Shown here: positions 28,697 to 38,981 of the stretch, piece by piece | Numbering within the stretch: the first letter of the stretch is position 1 | How the letters are laid out: each line of letters starts with the position of its first letter | DNA from: Candidatus Minusculum obligatum | Lineage (GTDB): Bacteria; Patescibacteriota; Minisyncoccia; Phycocordibacterales; Phycocordibacteraceae | DNA: 46,301 nt | NCBI GenBank assembly: GCA_002331145.1 | Contig: DCYT01000004.1 | Span: forward strand, 1 to 46,301 | Reading direction: 5' to 3' | The notes under the pieces: generated by a model | The model's input: only the letters and a program-made list of their open reading frames with translations | Told to the model about the DNA's origin: nothing | Database searches by the model: none | Program-made: the position numbers and the translations under genes

Positions 28697-29509
28697 TTAT
28701 TTTTGCAAACCTTGCTGTATTTTCTGAAGCTCATTTTTAACCAAAGCATCTTTTTCTTCTTTCTTTTTTTCTTCGATCTTTTGATCTAGAATTAATTCAA
28801 TAGAAAGTTTTAATGGAGCAAAATACTCTAAACAAACTTTGTCATCAAGCTCGTGAACTCCCTTACTTAATATCCCATATATACTCTTCATTTCTAACAG
28901 CTGTGATGGAAGATATGGCTTTAAGGCATCAATTTTTTCGTCCATTTTTTTCCCTTGAAATTCTTTTGCTTCAATTTTTAAATCCTGATCATGCTCTCTG
29001 TATGTTTGATAAATTAAGTTTTCAAAAATACGCCTTAGGTAAATAAAAGACCCGACACCAATACCGTGAGAAGCGAGACCAACCGCCCTTTTGAATTCTC
29101 GTAGATACTCTTCTTCAAGAACCTTTTCATACTTTTGCTGAAGTGCTGAGAATTGAATATCGGCCATGGATGGATCTTGACCAATTTTCTCTACAAAACC
29201 TTCTATTCTTGTATCTCTAAAAACAAAAAACCTTAGTGGATATGAACCCTTTCTTTTACAGGTTAGGGTAACTTGTCCGTAGCCTACTGACTTATGGTCA
29301 GGTGCTTCCCAAACACTCCAATTATCAACCCACTCAAACTCAATTTCATAAGTTGTGTTGTCTTGCAAAGAACTGCTGTAAGCATCAACATCGCCTCTGA
29401 AAAGCCGTTGTTCTAAAAGAGGGTTTTTAATTTTTTCATAAAGCGGAGTTTCGAAAAAGAAAGTGTGTTTCGAAACTATCTTTATTTCTTCTTGTGTTTC
29501 TTCGGACAT
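28697..29509 (-). CDS. DUF4145/HEPN-like domain protein
   Basis: C-terminal helical pattern YLRRIFENLI...MDEKIDAL...YGILSKGVH; AT-rich gene. Confidence 0.65.
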   Translation of the reverse strand: MSEETQEEIKIVSKHTFFFETPLYEKIKNPLLEQRLFRGDVDAYSSSLQDNTTYEIEFEWVDNWSVWEAPDHKSVGYGQVTLTCKRKGSYPLRFFVFRDTRIEGFVEKIGQDPSMADIQFSALQQKYEKVLEEEYLREFKRAVGLASHGIGVGSFIYLRRIFENLIYQTYREHDQDLKIEAKEFQGKKMDEKIDALKPYLPSQLLEMKSIYGILSKGVHELDDKVCLEYFAPLKLSIELILDQKIEEKKKEEKDALVKNELQKIQQGLQK

Positions 29510-29557
29510 ATATTTTCTATACCAGTATACGAAACATAATTAAACAACTCAAACACC

Positions 29558-30073
29558 CTACAATCCCGCCGCCAATATCCCCTTATTCACTTCTAGTATC
29601 AAATCTTCTGTCTTTGATACACCTGCATCTTTGTCCGCATACCCAAGTGCAACAAGTATTTCAAAAGCAATCTCCGCCTCTTCCCTCTCAAAATCTATAT
29701 CTTCCTCTCCTTTTACAAGCGCTTCTAGCCTTTCATACACTTTTTGCTGCACTTCGTGCTCAGGCAACAATCTTCCCAGAAGACCAAGGATGTTTGCATA
29801 TACTTTTTTACGCTCTCCTGTAAGGGTAAAGGAGTATTGCTGTACTTGATCCATTCCTTTGAGGCGCCAATTGTATCTCCCACGAATAAGGGAATAGATA
29901 CTGTGTGTCCCAGGCTGCGTACATGCTGCAAAAGTAGCACCCGCCCGCTTTGCAGCTTGTGCAATTACACGAATCTTCCCCAAATCTTGGGTAAAGATAA
30001 TTGCCTCTACAGAGTCTTCCTTATTGGGACGAGCTTTTAGTACGAATCCTGGAGTTGTGTACGTCTCATGCAT
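29558..30073 (-). CDS. recO: DNA repair protein RecO (short form)
   Basis: TPGFVLKARPNKED...IFTQDLGKIRVIAQAAKR OB-fold pattern. Confidence 0.75.
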   Translation of the reverse strand: MHETYTTPGFVLKARPNKEDSVEAIIFTQDLGKIRVIAQAAKRAGATFAACTQPGTHSIYSLIRGRYNWRLKGMDQVQQYSFTLTGERKKVYANILGLLGRLLPEHEVQQKVYERLEALVKGEEDIDFEREEAEIAFEILVALGYADKDAGVSKTEDLILEVNKGILAAGL

Positions 30074-33000
30074 GAACGACGTTTATCGTAAGTTGCTTCT
30101 CGCCAAGATCTACTTCTATTCCCCCAGGGAGCTCTTGTACACGCTGTATTGTCTTTACTCCAGCAACACTCATAATTTCACTCTTGTACGCATCTAGGAA
30201 TGCTGCATTCCCTGCGATAGTTAGGATTGCAAAATCGTGTGGAGAGAAATCTGCTTTCTTTCGTGCATCTTGTACCGCTCGTATAAACTCACGAACCATT
30301 CCCTTCTCCTTTAGCTCTGGAGTTAGCTCTGTATCAAGTTTAAGCTCTTCTCCATCAAGGATAATATTCTCTACATTTACTTCTTCCTTGATTAGGGTTT
30401 GGTATTCCTCTGTTAGAGAGATTCCTTTCTTTAGTGTAAGCGCATTAAGTGGCTGTCGTACTTTGTGTCCTGCAGTTTGTCGCATCATAAGTGCATCACT
30501 TACGATAATTCGTACTTCTTTCATAGTGTCGAGTACTTCCTGGTCTATCTTCCCTCCCTCTGGCCACTCACATAGGTGCACACTCTCAGCATCACTCTCT
30601 CCCTTTAGCTCTCTATATAGATACTCTGCATAAAATGGAGTAGCAGGTGCCATTACCTTTGCAGTTTCCATAAGTACAAAGCGAAGTGTGTGCATTGCAT
30701 GCTCTGCATCTTCTCCCCCCTCTTTAATACGATCTCGAGAACGCCTGACATACCACGTTGAAAGATCGTCAAGGAAATCAAGGAGTGGGCGCGTAGCTTT
30801 ATCAAATTCATACCCCTCATACCCCTTTGTTGTCTGATCTACAAGCTCATTTAGTCTTGAGATAATCCATGTATCGAGCACATGCTTTGTTCCCTCTTTT
30901 CTCTGTACCGTATCCTTATATAGATTGTAGAAAGAAAGTACGTTGTGGAGCCTTCCCACCACCTTTGAAGATGTTTCTTTTACACCTGCTTCTGAGAAAG
31001 AGAAGTCTTCTGCTCTCGATACAGGAGATGCGAGCATGTAGTACCGCACAGCATCTGCTCCATATTTATTAATGATCTCCATAGGATCTGGATAGTTCTT
31101 GAGTTTCTTACTCATCTTCTGTCCATCTTCTGCAAGTACCGTTCCGTTTACCACTACGTTTTCAAATGGTGCTTTTCCGAAGAGTCCTACGCCAAGAACG
31201 AGTAGTGAGTAGAACCACCCTCGTGTCTGATCGAGTCCCTCTGCAATATATTGTGCTGGGTATCCCTTTGATTTACTAAAGAGTCCTCCCTTTGGATTAA
31301 ATATATCGAGGTTGCTATATGGATAGTTTTGCTGCGCATATGGCATTGATCCAGATTCAAACCAACAATCAAATACATCGAGGATTCGTGTGTACTCTTC
31401 CCCATCCTTCTCAAGCTTTATCTCATCAATATATGGGCGATGGAAATCTAGTTCATAGTTTGCATTGTGTGGCAGCGCTACAAATGGAAGATTGATTTGC
31501 GCTCCAGGCTTTGCATGTGTGTTGCTATGAATTTCCATTGAACGAGCATTGTCTGCTCCCTCAACAACCGCAGGCAATATTTCAAGACCAATACCGTGAG
31601 TTACGATAAGAATCTTCTCATCTTGAAGCTGCGCTTCCTTCTCATACATAAATTCTCCAAAGCGCTTCTTCACATCAAGGAAGCTCTCCCCTCCTGGGAT
31701 AGTTGTCTCATACGTGAAATCTTTCTCAATGAAATCAAAGTACTCTTTTATTGGTTTTCCTTGGAAGTCTCCAAAGCCAAGTTCGGCAAGTCGCTCATCG
31801 AAAACAACATCGTCCTTTGAGAGACCAATTTCCTCTGCAATTATTTCTGCTGTCTGCTTTGTTCGAAGGAATGGAGAAGCAAAGATTTTTGTAATTCCCT
31901 CTACCTTTAGTTTTTCTCCAGTCTCTTTTGCTAGAGCCAATCCCTTTTCCGTTAGTTTGTATGGATCATCTTTATGCGCGCTCACTACATTTTTTACATT
32001 GTGCTCTCCCTCAGCGTGGCGCATTGCCATGTACGTGTTTCCTGACTTCTTTACGTGCGCCCGAAGATCCTCAACTCCTCCCAAGACAATCTGCTCTCCA
32101 TCTTCATTCTCCCAGACAGGAAGTGGCGCCCCCCAGAAACGACTTCTTGAGATTGACCAATCCTTCCCTCCCTTAAGCCAGTTACCAAATCGCTTAGACC
32201 CAACTTCTTTTGGCACCCAATGCACTTTGTCATTCTCCTTTACGAGTTGGTTCGTTATCTTTGGCGCATTCACAAACCATGAGTCCATCGCATAGTTTAG
32301 AAGCGGCTCATCTGTTCTCCATGAGTGTGGGTAGCTGTGCTCAATCTTCTCTTTTTTGAAAAGCTTTCCAGCGTGCGCGAGAGCTTTGATGATCTCAATA
32401 TCAGTTGCTTGATGATTATCCTTTGGCTTTGCATCCATTCCGGCAAAATCCCCTACTTCTTTTACAAACTTTCCGTTTTTATTTACGTGATGCACGATTG
32501 GCACACCTTCCTTTTGTGCAAGCTCAAGATCCTCTGCACCAAATGCAGGTGCAAGGTGTACTGCTCCTGTTCCAGAGTCTTCAGTTACATAGTCTGCTGC
32601 ATATATCTTCCACGCATTCTCCTTCCCTTCTATTTCTTCGTTAAGGTAGTAGTTAAATGGAGGCTCATATTCTTTTCCAACAAGGTCCCTTCCTTTCATC
32701 TCTTCAAGGACTTCGTGCTCCATTCCCTCAAAGAGTGAGAGTTTTTCTTTTGAAACAATGTACGTACCGTCTAGCTTTTCATCCCCTGTTACCTTCACCT
32801 TTGCATATACAAAATCAGGATTTACAGCAGCTGCCATATTCCCTGGGAGTGTCCATGGTGTTGTTGTCCAAACAAGGAGCGAGGCATCCATTCCTTTAAT
32901 AGGTAGCGGTACTGTTACCGCAAAGTCTGTAATGTCTTTATACCCTTGTGCTACCTCAATATTTGAAAGCTCTGTTCCCAGAAGCGGGCTTAGGTGGAGT

Positions 33001-33524
33001 GATTTAAATCCTTTGTAGATAAGACCTTTATCGTAGAGTGTTTTAAATGCCCACCATACACTCTCGGTGTACGAAGGATCCATAGTTCGGTAGTCATTCT
33101 CCATGTCTACGAATCGTCCGATTCGCGGAATGAACTTCATCCAATCATCTCGATACTGAAGCACTACCTTCTTTGCCTTCTCTACAAAATTCTCAATTCC
33201 TACCTCTTCAATTATTTCCTGCTTAGTTGAAACGCCAAACTCTTTCTCTACTTGGGCTTCAAGAGGAAGTCCATGACAGTCCCATCCCCAACGACGCGGT
33301 ACCGTATACCCCTTCATTGTCTTATACCGAGGAACAACATCCTTTAGAGTACTTGCCAGTACGTGCCCATAGTGTGGAAGTCCTGTAGCAAATGGAGGTC
33401 CATCATAAAAAGTGAATACTCCTTTAGGAGATTTTTTCTCTATAGATTTTTCAAAAATGCGCTCATTCTTCCAAAATTCCAGCATTTCTTCCTCTCGTTT
33501 CGAGAAGTCGCTTTTGTCGCTCAT
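30066..33524 (-). CDS. ileS: isoleucine--tRNA ligase (type 2) with inserted histidine-phosphatase domain
   Basis: FYDGPPFATGLPHYGH, GWDCHGLP, WTTTPWTLP, DWSISRSRFWG, EGLDQTRGWFY, KMSKK; insertion RHAE..SPFLRTKQTA..THG. Confidence 0.95.
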   Translation of the reverse strand: MSDKSDFSKREEEMLEFWKNERIFEKSIEKKSPKGVFTFYDGPPFATGLPHYGHVLASTLKDVVPRYKTMKGYTVPRRWGWDCHGLPLEAQVEKEFGVSTKQEIIEEVGIENFVEKAKKVVLQYRDDWMKFIPRIGRFVDMENDYRTMDPSYTESVWWAFKTLYDKGLIYKGFKSLHLSPLLGTELSNIEVAQGYKDITDFAVTVPLPIKGMDASLLVWTTTPWTLPGNMAAAVNPDFVYAKVKVTGDEKLDGTYIVSKEKLSLFEGMEHEVLEEMKGRDLVGKEYEPPFNYYLNEEIEGKENAWKIYAADYVTEDSGTGAVHLAPAFGAEDLELAQKEGVPIVHHVNKNGKFVKEVGDFAGMDAKPKDNHQATDIEIIKALAHAGKLFKKEKIEHSYPHSWRTDEPLLNYAMDSWFVNAPKITNQLVKENDKVHWVPKEVGSKRFGNWLKGGKDWSISRSRFWGAPLPVWENEDGEQIVLGGVEDLRAHVKKSGNTYMAMRHAEGEHNVKNVVSAHKDDPYKLTEKGLALAKETGEKLKVEGITKIFASPFLRTKQTAEIIAEEIGLSKDDVVFDERLAELGFGDFQGKPIKEYFDFIEKDFTYETTIPGGESFLDVKKRFGEFMYEKEAQLQDEKILIVTHGIGLEILPAVVEGADNARSMEIHSNTHAKPGAQINLPFVALPHNANYELDFHRPYIDEIKLEKDGEEYTRILDVFDCWFESGSMPYAQQNYPYSNLDIFNPKGGLFSKSKGYPAQYIAEGLDQTRGWFYSLLVLGVGLFGKAPFENVVVNGTVLAEDGQKMSKKLKNYPDPMEIINKYGADAVRYYMLASPVSRAEDFSFSEAGVKETSSKVVGRLHNVLSFYNLYKDTVQRKEGTKHVLDTWIISRLNELVDQTTKGYEGYEFDKATRPLLDFLDDLSTWYVRRSRDRIKEGGEDAEHAMHTLRFVLMETAKVMAPATPFYAEYLYRELKGESDAESVHLCEWPEGGKIDQEVLDTMKEVRIIVSDALMMRQTAGHKVRQPLNALTLKKGISLTEEYQTLIKEEVNVENIILDGEELKLDTELTPELKEKGMVREFIRAVQDARKKADFSPHDFAILTIAGNAAFLDAYKSEIMSVAGVKTIQRVQELPGGIEVDLGEKQLTINVVHA

Positions 33525-33559
33525 ATAAAGGATATAGTAGCAGGATGTATAAAAAGTGA

Positions 33560-33583
33560 AAGACCGCACAATTGTGCGGTCTT
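33560..33583. terminator. palindromic hairpin after ORFan
   Basis: AAGACCGCACAA-TTGTGCGGTCTT. Confidence 0.65.
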
Positions 33584-33592
33584 CCCCAAAGA

Positions 33593-33883
33593 TCATTTGT
33601 GCCCAGAAAACCAAATGTACGGCTTCTGCCTTCCGGTGGTGAGTCCGGCTGCATTCACGAATGATTCCTGAATTGCAGACTCGAGCTTATGCTCACATGT
33701 CACTTTCGTGACAGAACCTTCTACCGGTGCCCCGCTGGGCGGTTCGGCATGGATAAAAATTTGTCCGTGCCGGCGCAAAATTCGTTTTGCGTTCGGGACA
33801 GTGTAACTGTCTTCTTCCGAATACATTTGATCGAGAGCCTGTTCAACCAGGTCTGGTTTTTCTTTTATAGCAGCTTTTCCCAA
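33593..33883 (-). CDS. hypothetical protein (ORFan)
   Basis: 96 aa, TTG start after GGAGG, own TGCTATCTT promoter-like motif. Confidence 0.6.
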   Translation of the reverse strand: MGKAAIKEKPDLVEQALDQMYSEEDSYTVPNAKRILRRHGQIFIHAEPPSGAPVEGSVTKVTCEHKLESAIQESFVNAAGLTTGRQKPYIWFSGHK

Positions 33884-33955
33884 AGCTTCCTCCCTTATGT
33901 CTTAATGAGCAGAAGAAAAAAGATAGCACAGTTTTACAAAAGAAAAAGGCCGAGA

Positions 33956-34159
33956 TTAACACTCGACCCCTTTCCGACGAATGAAGTGTGCACGAACCTG
34001 TTGAATTTCTTCTTGGCGTGCAGAGTCACCTGGCGGCGGAACAAATATCCCAGGAGCTTTTGTGCCTGTCTTTCTAACACGCACGTTGCCCACATTGCCA
34101 TTTAAATGCTCAATGCATTCTTCAATTGTCGGAAAGTCCAATTCAGGAATTTTGGACAT
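33956..34159 (-). CDS. hypothetical protein (ORFan)
   Basis: 67 aa, AAGGAGG SD and TGCTATAAT promoter. Confidence 0.6.
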   Translation of the reverse strand: MSKIPELDFPTIEECIEHLNGNVGNVRVRKTGTKAPGIFVPPPGDSARQEEIQQVRAHFIRRKGVEC

Positions 34160-34202
34160 CCTTTCCTCCTTTTGAGAACCTCTAAAATTAAATTATAGCA
34201 CC

Positions 34203-35834
34203 CTACATCTTCTCTGGAGCCTCTATTCCCAGAAGCCATAGCCCGTTTGTCATCGTTAGGACAAATGCCTCAATAAGCAGGAGCTTGTACCCCTCGTATT
34301 CTCCCCCAAGAATCTTTTCTTTTGCATAGAAACTATTAAATTCAGAAGCGAGCTCTGTTAAGAATCCTGTTACGTGGTGTGGCTCATACTTTTCTTGTGC
34401 GCGAGCAACAACCTCTGGAAATCTATAGAGAATTTTCTCAAGGTCATACGGCTGCTCTGGAGCAACAGCATCTGCATCATCTTTTGAAGAGTCAGCAAGA
34501 ATCTTCTTTGCTCGTACGAGTGCATACTGCAGGTATGGACCTGAATCTCCTTCGGTAGATAATGAGTTGTTTACATCAAAGACAATGTCTCCTCCTGGCT
34601 GCTGCCGCAGAATACTGTATTTAATTGCAGCTACTGCTACTTTCCGTGCAGTTTCTTCATCAGGATTCTGTTCTTTTACTTTCTCTACCAGATTATCGAT
34701 GAGAGACTTCGCTGTTACGATATCTCCTGTTCTTGAGCTCATCTTTCCTTCAGAGAGCTTCATCAAACCATTTGAAAGGTGTGTAATCTTTTCTGCCTGC
34801 TCTGGATGAATTTCAGAGAGAGCTTCTTTAATTACCTTAAAATACTCTGCCTGCTCCTTTCCGGTTAGGACGATTGACTGGTCATGCTCCCACCATTCAT
34901 CTTTAATTGTCTCAAGACCAAGCTCCTTTGCTTCATAGGTTGGCGTTCCCTGTTTTGTTTTAAATACTCTTGTATGGAGCCCCTTCTTCTCTCCCTCGTA
35001 GATAACAGCACCATCGCTCTCTACAAACACTCCTTTCTTTAGACCCTCTTCCACCAGCTTCATTCCATATGGCGCTGACTCACTTTCGAAAATAAATCGA
35101 TCAAGCTTTATATCTAGTACGTCAAGAATTTCCTGCACTCCTTCTATTGAAACCTTTCTTCCTTCCTCATGCTCTTTCATGAGGTCCTTGTCTTCTCCTG
35201 CATAAATAGCTTTATTGAGTATATCTATCTCTTCTTTTGCAGAATCATTTTCTTCGTATTCTTTTGCACCAAGAGCATACGCTTCTCCAATTACAGCAGG
35301 AGAAAGTTCCTTTTGAAGCTTCCTGAGTCCATAAACAGCCTTGGCAGCATGTGGCCCCACATCTCCTCCGTATGACTCCTTTTTAACTTCTGCTCCGGAG
35401 AATTGGAGAAGCCGTGCAATAGACTCTCCAATAGTTGCTCCCATAAGGTGCCCAATGTGAAGCTGCTTAAATGCATTAGCATTTACGTACTCCATGATCA
35501 CTTTGTGATCTACATTATTAGTATTACTTCCCCACAGCCTACCGAGCGATCCAATTACCTTAAGAGATCCTGTGAAGAACTCTCGAGAGAGTTTGAAGTT
35601 AATAAATCCAGGACCTGCAACAGATACTTCCTCCACAAATGGAAGATCAATCTTTTTTATAATCTCTTCTGCAAGTTCTTTTGGGTTTACTCCCCGTTCT
35701 TTAGCAAGAGTCATGGCTATGTTTGTTGCATAGTCTCCATGACTTAGATCTTGAGGGTGCTCAAGATGTACTGAAGAAGCCTCCACATCTGCTGCGGCAG
35801 CTACTGCTTTTTGTAGTTCTTTTACTAGATCCAT
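34203..35834 (-). CDS. argS: arginine--tRNA ligase
   Basis: HGDYATN, AGPGFINF, LHIGH, KMSSRTG, GDSGPYLQYA, GIEAPEKM. Confidence 0.97.
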   Translation of the reverse strand: MDLVKELQKAVAAAADVEASSVHLEHPQDLSHGDYATNIAMTLAKERGVNPKELAEEIIKKIDLPFVEEVSVAGPGFINFKLSREFFTGSLKVIGSLGRLWGSNTNNVDHKVIMEYVNANAFKQLHIGHLMGATIGESIARLLQFSGAEVKKESYGGDVGPHAAKAVYGLRKLQKELSPAVIGEAYALGAKEYEENDSAKEEIDILNKAIYAGEDKDLMKEHEEGRKVSIEGVQEILDVLDIKLDRFIFESESAPYGMKLVEEGLKKGVFVESDGAVIYEGEKKGLHTRVFKTKQGTPTYEAKELGLETIKDEWWEHDQSIVLTGKEQAEYFKVIKEALSEIHPEQAEKITHLSNGLMKLSEGKMSSRTGDIVTAKSLIDNLVEKVKEQNPDEETARKVAVAAIKYSILRQQPGGDIVFDVNNSLSTEGDSGPYLQYALVRAKKILADSSKDDADAVAPEQPYDLEKILYRFPEVVARAQEKYEPHHVTGFLTELASEFNSFYAKEKILGGEYEGYKLLLIEAFVLTMTNGLWLLGIEAPEKM

Positions 35835-35843
35835 GTATGCACT

Positions 35844-37094
35844 CTATACAAAAATCTGCGGAATGGGAAACTTTTCACAAAGCTCTTCCACCTTTTTCCG
35901 CACCTCCCCTGCTTTGCTTGTGTCTTTTAGTACCTCAACCATCCACTGCGCTACCAACTTACTTTCAGCTTCTTTAAACTTTCGAGTCGTTATAGCTGGT
36001 GTTCCAAACCTGATTCCAGATGGATCAAGTGGTGGACGAGTATCGTCCGCAATAGCGTTTTTATTAAGTGTAATACCTGCTTCATCGAGCGCATGCTCAG
36101 CTTCTGCTCCTGTTATTCCAAATGAAGTATGTACATCAAGGAGTATGAGGTGATTGCTTGTTCCTCCTGTTAGCATTCGTGCACCAGCTTCCTTGAAAAC
36201 CTCTTCCATTGCCTTGGCATTCTTGATTACCTGCTCTGCATATTCTTTAAACTGTGGAGTTAGTGCTTCTCCAAAACATACTGCCTTGGCTGCAATCTGG
36301 TGCATGTGAGGACCACCTTGAAATCCTGGGAACATTGCCTTATCTACTTTCTTTGCAATCTCTCCTTTCTCTCTTATAAGGATCATTCCACCTCTTGGCC
36401 CTCGAAGAGTCTTATGTGTAGTTGTAGTCATTACATCAAATCCATAATCAAATGGATTCTCGTGTGCTCCTCCTGCGATGAGCCCCGCTATGTGTGCAAC
36501 ATCAGCTACCGTGTACGCACCAACTTCATCTGCAATCTCTTTAAAGCGCTTCCAATCTAGCTCTCGAGGATATGCAGAGAATCCTGCAAGGATAATCTTT
36601 GGTTTTTCCTTTAGAGCTACTTCTCGAAGCTCGTCATAATCAATCTCTCCTGTCTCTACATCTTTCATCTTGTACCGTACAAAGTTAAAGATCTTTGCAA
36701 TTGCTGTAACAGGGTGCCCGTGCGTTAGGTGTCCTCCGTGACTTAGGTCCATTCCAAGCACCGTGTCTCCTGGCTCAAGCAAAGCAAAGTACAGTCCAAT
36801 GTTTGCATTTGCTCCACCTAGTGGTTGCACGTTTGCGTGCTCACACTTGAAGAGCTTTTTAGCTCGCTCAATAGCAAGGAGTTCTACTTTGTCTGTAAAT
36901 TCTTGTCCGCCATAGTATCGCTTTCCTGGATACCCTTCTGAATACTTATTAGTTAGTACCGAAGACATGGTCTCTCGCACTGCAGCTGATACATAGTTCT
37001 CAGATGGAATAAGCTCAAGACCTTTATCTTGCCGCTCCTCTTCCCCTTCGAGAATCTCTAGTACTTCTTTGTCCTGTTTTTTTAGATATTCCAT
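35844..37094 (-). CDS. glyA: serine hydroxymethyltransferase
   Basis: LELIPSENY, YSEGYPGKRYYGG, TTTTHKTLRGPRGG. Confidence 0.98.
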   Translation of the reverse strand: MEYLKKQDKEVLEILEGEEERQDKGLELIPSENYVSAAVRETMSSVLTNKYSEGYPGKRYYGGQEFTDKVELLAIERAKKLFKCEHANVQPLGGANANIGLYFALLEPGDTVLGMDLSHGGHLTHGHPVTAIAKIFNFVRYKMKDVETGEIDYDELREVALKEKPKIILAGFSAYPRELDWKRFKEIADEVGAYTVADVAHIAGLIAGGAHENPFDYGFDVMTTTTHKTLRGPRGGMILIREKGEIAKKVDKAMFPGFQGGPHMHQIAAKAVCFGEALTPQFKEYAEQVIKNAKAMEEVFKEAGARMLTGGTSNHLILLDVHTSFGITGAEAEHALDEAGITLNKNAIADDTRPPLDPSGIRFGTPAITTRKFKEAESKLVAQWMVEVLKDTSKAGEVRKKVEELCEKFPIPQIFV

Positions 37095-37095
37095 A

Positions 37096-37494
37096 TTATT
37101 CGTACTTACATGACTTTAGATCTGCATGATAGATCTTTGCATTAGCATCTTTTACAAACTTCCCATCAACTAATTCCCCTGTGCGTGAATCGATCTCTTT
37201 AAAAACCTCGTCCATTACTTTTGTTGGATCATACCCGCTCTTTGCGATTGCTCCTGTTGCAAACACAATAATGTCAGCCCACGCATCTACAAATGCCTCC
37301 TTATCTTTTGCAGGAGTATCAACAATCTCATTTGCATACTTCATTGCACGCTCACGTGCTGTTACGCTGTTGTAGTCTCCAGTACTCTCAAGGAGCTCTT
37401 CGATAATAAAAGAAGCCTCTTTTACATGATCAAACTCCCTCTCAAGAATTCCTCGCTCTTTATTCCATCCAACAATTTTTTGAAAAATATCCAT
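37096..37494 (-). CDS. MazG-like/PRA-PH all-alpha NTP pyrophosphohydrolase
   Basis: IIEELLE ... VDAWADIIVFA.G ... EVFKEIDSR ... GKFVK. Confidence 0.75.
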   Translation of the reverse strand: MDIFQKIVGWNKERGILEREFDHVKEASFIIEELLESTGDYNSVTARERAMKYANEIVDTPAKDKEAFVDAWADIIVFATGAIAKSGYDPTKVMDEVFKEIDSRTGELVDGKFVKDANAKIYHADLKSCKYE

Positions 37495-37527
37495 ACCGTT
37501 TGCAGTTATCTTATTTTCTCTATTCTA

Positions 37528-38220
37528 TCACGCCCTATTTTTGAGAATATTTTGCACAAGAGTCCACAGATCTTCATGAATCCCTTCCCTTGTTCGCGGC
37601 TTTCCACGCTGCGCACACGTTACTCTGTGCCAAGCATTAAGCTTTTTAACAATTGAAAGCGCTCTCTTTCGTGAGTTCTCTTGGTACTCCAAACTTTCTT
37701 CCGTTGCGTCTTTCTTTCCTTTTGTATATTCCTTTCCTTTCTTTGCTTCTTTTAGAAGTTCTGCGGCAACTTTAACTGGCATGTCTAGATAGATAATGGC
37801 ATCGGGGCGCGGAATTTTAAAAACACCATGTTCCATCTCATCAAGCCATGTGAGGAATGTTTTTAGTTTCTTTGCGTCTTCTATTTTCCCTCCTTGATGT
37901 ATTTGGTTTGCACTTACATACCGATCAAGAATTACGGTGTATCCTTTTTTCATCCAGTCTTCTATTTTCTTTTTTGATTCAAACCTATCTGCAGCATACA
38001 AAACTGATGCAATGTGCGGATCAGTTTTTAGAAAGTCTCCATGATCTCCAACAAGACACTCTCCTATTAATTTTCCAAAGAAATTATTTTCGTACTGAGG
38101 AAAATCCAGAGTACGCACAGGAATCTTTTCTTTTTTTAGACGTTTTAGAAGAAGCTCCGTTTGCGTTGCCTTTCCACTTCCATCTCCACCATCGAGTACT
38201 ATCAGTTTTCCGCGCTTCAT
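37528..38220 (-). CDS. tmk: thymidylate kinase
   Basis: DGGDGSGKATQ, FPQY, LYAADR, VILDRYVSANQIHQG. Confidence 0.93.
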   Translation of the reverse strand: MKRGKLIVLDGGDGSGKATQTELLLKRLKKEKIPVRTLDFPQYENNFFGKLIGECLVGDHGDFLKTDPHIASVLYAADRFESKKKIEDWMKKGYTVILDRYVSANQIHQGGKIEDAKKLKTFLTWLDEMEHGVFKIPRPDAIIYLDMPVKVAAELLKEAKKGKEYTKGKKDATEESLEYQENSRKRALSIVKKLNAWHRVTCAQRGKPRTREGIHEDLWTLVQNILKNRA

Positions 38221-38243
38221 ATTGGGAGTATTGTAGCGTATTT

Positions 38244-38666
38244 TTATTTTTTTATCGTTCTTTCGTAAAACTGCTGAGCCAGGTCTTTTATTTGAGGACA
38301 AACATCTAGCCCCTCAATAGAATCTTTATTTACAAATGCTATCTCTCTACACTCTGGAGAGGGAGTGAAGTTAAGGTCTTTTAATTTTGTCTCGTACAAA
38401 ATATTCGCTATTTGAAAATCTTTATGGAAAAGAGAGGGTGCAAATAAAAAGTAAGATGGCGTATCTGCTATCCATGTTGTTTCAAGATCCATCTCCTCTT
38501 TTATCTCACGAGATAACTCTTGATGTGGGTCTCTTCCCCATTCAAGACCTCCTCCTGGTATTTCCCAAATGCCTGTGTCTTCTTTTGTAATTAAAAACTT
38601 ATCTCCTGCCTCATTTAAGACTAAAGCTTTCACACTTACCCGATAGAGACATGTTTGTTTGCTCAT
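38244..38666 (-). CDS. NUDIX hydrolase
   Basis: WEIPGGGLEWGRDPHQELSREIKEEMD. Confidence 0.88.
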   Translation of the reverse strand: MSKQTCLYRVSVKALVLNEAGDKFLITKEDTGIWEIPGGGLEWGRDPHQELSREIKEEMDLETTWIADTPSYFLFAPSLFHKDFQIANILYETKLKDLNFTPSPECREIAFVNKDSIEGLDVCPQIKDLAQQFYERTIKK

Positions 38667-38676
38667 ATTCGTATAC

Positions 38677-38937
38677 CTAATCTGAATATGGCTGCTTTCC
38701 AGCAAGACTAAACCTTGGCCGCATGCTTCCATCTGGCCATTTCACCTCTTCAATAAATTCAGATAGAAGACGGCACCATATCTTTTCTTTTACATTATTA
38801 AGAGATACATATACAACCATTTTATTTTTTACTCCGTCCACAATCCGATCATTGGTAGAGTCTTCAATAAGAAGCAGTGTTAGATATCTTCCTCCTTTGT
38901 AGTGATCATATATTTTATTCAGATGTATTCCTTCCAT
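38677..38937 (-). CDS. DUF1653-like small protein
   Basis: YDHYKGGRY...MVVYVSL...IWCRLLSEFIE...PRF. Confidence 0.8.
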   Translation of the reverse strand: MEGIHLNKIYDHYKGGRYLTLLLIEDSTNDRIVDGVKNKMVVYVSLNNVKEKIWCRLLSEFIEEVKWPDGSMRPRFSLAGKQPYSD

Positions 38938-38981
38938 GCATAAAGTATAGCAATTTCTGGTCATGGTAAAATTCTCTCTAT

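Noticed and set aside
25450-29550. Integron with attC sites, or prophage
   Set aside because: No tyrosine recombinase or phage structural genes, no convincing RYYYAAC...GTTRRRY sites, and mixed gene orientation.
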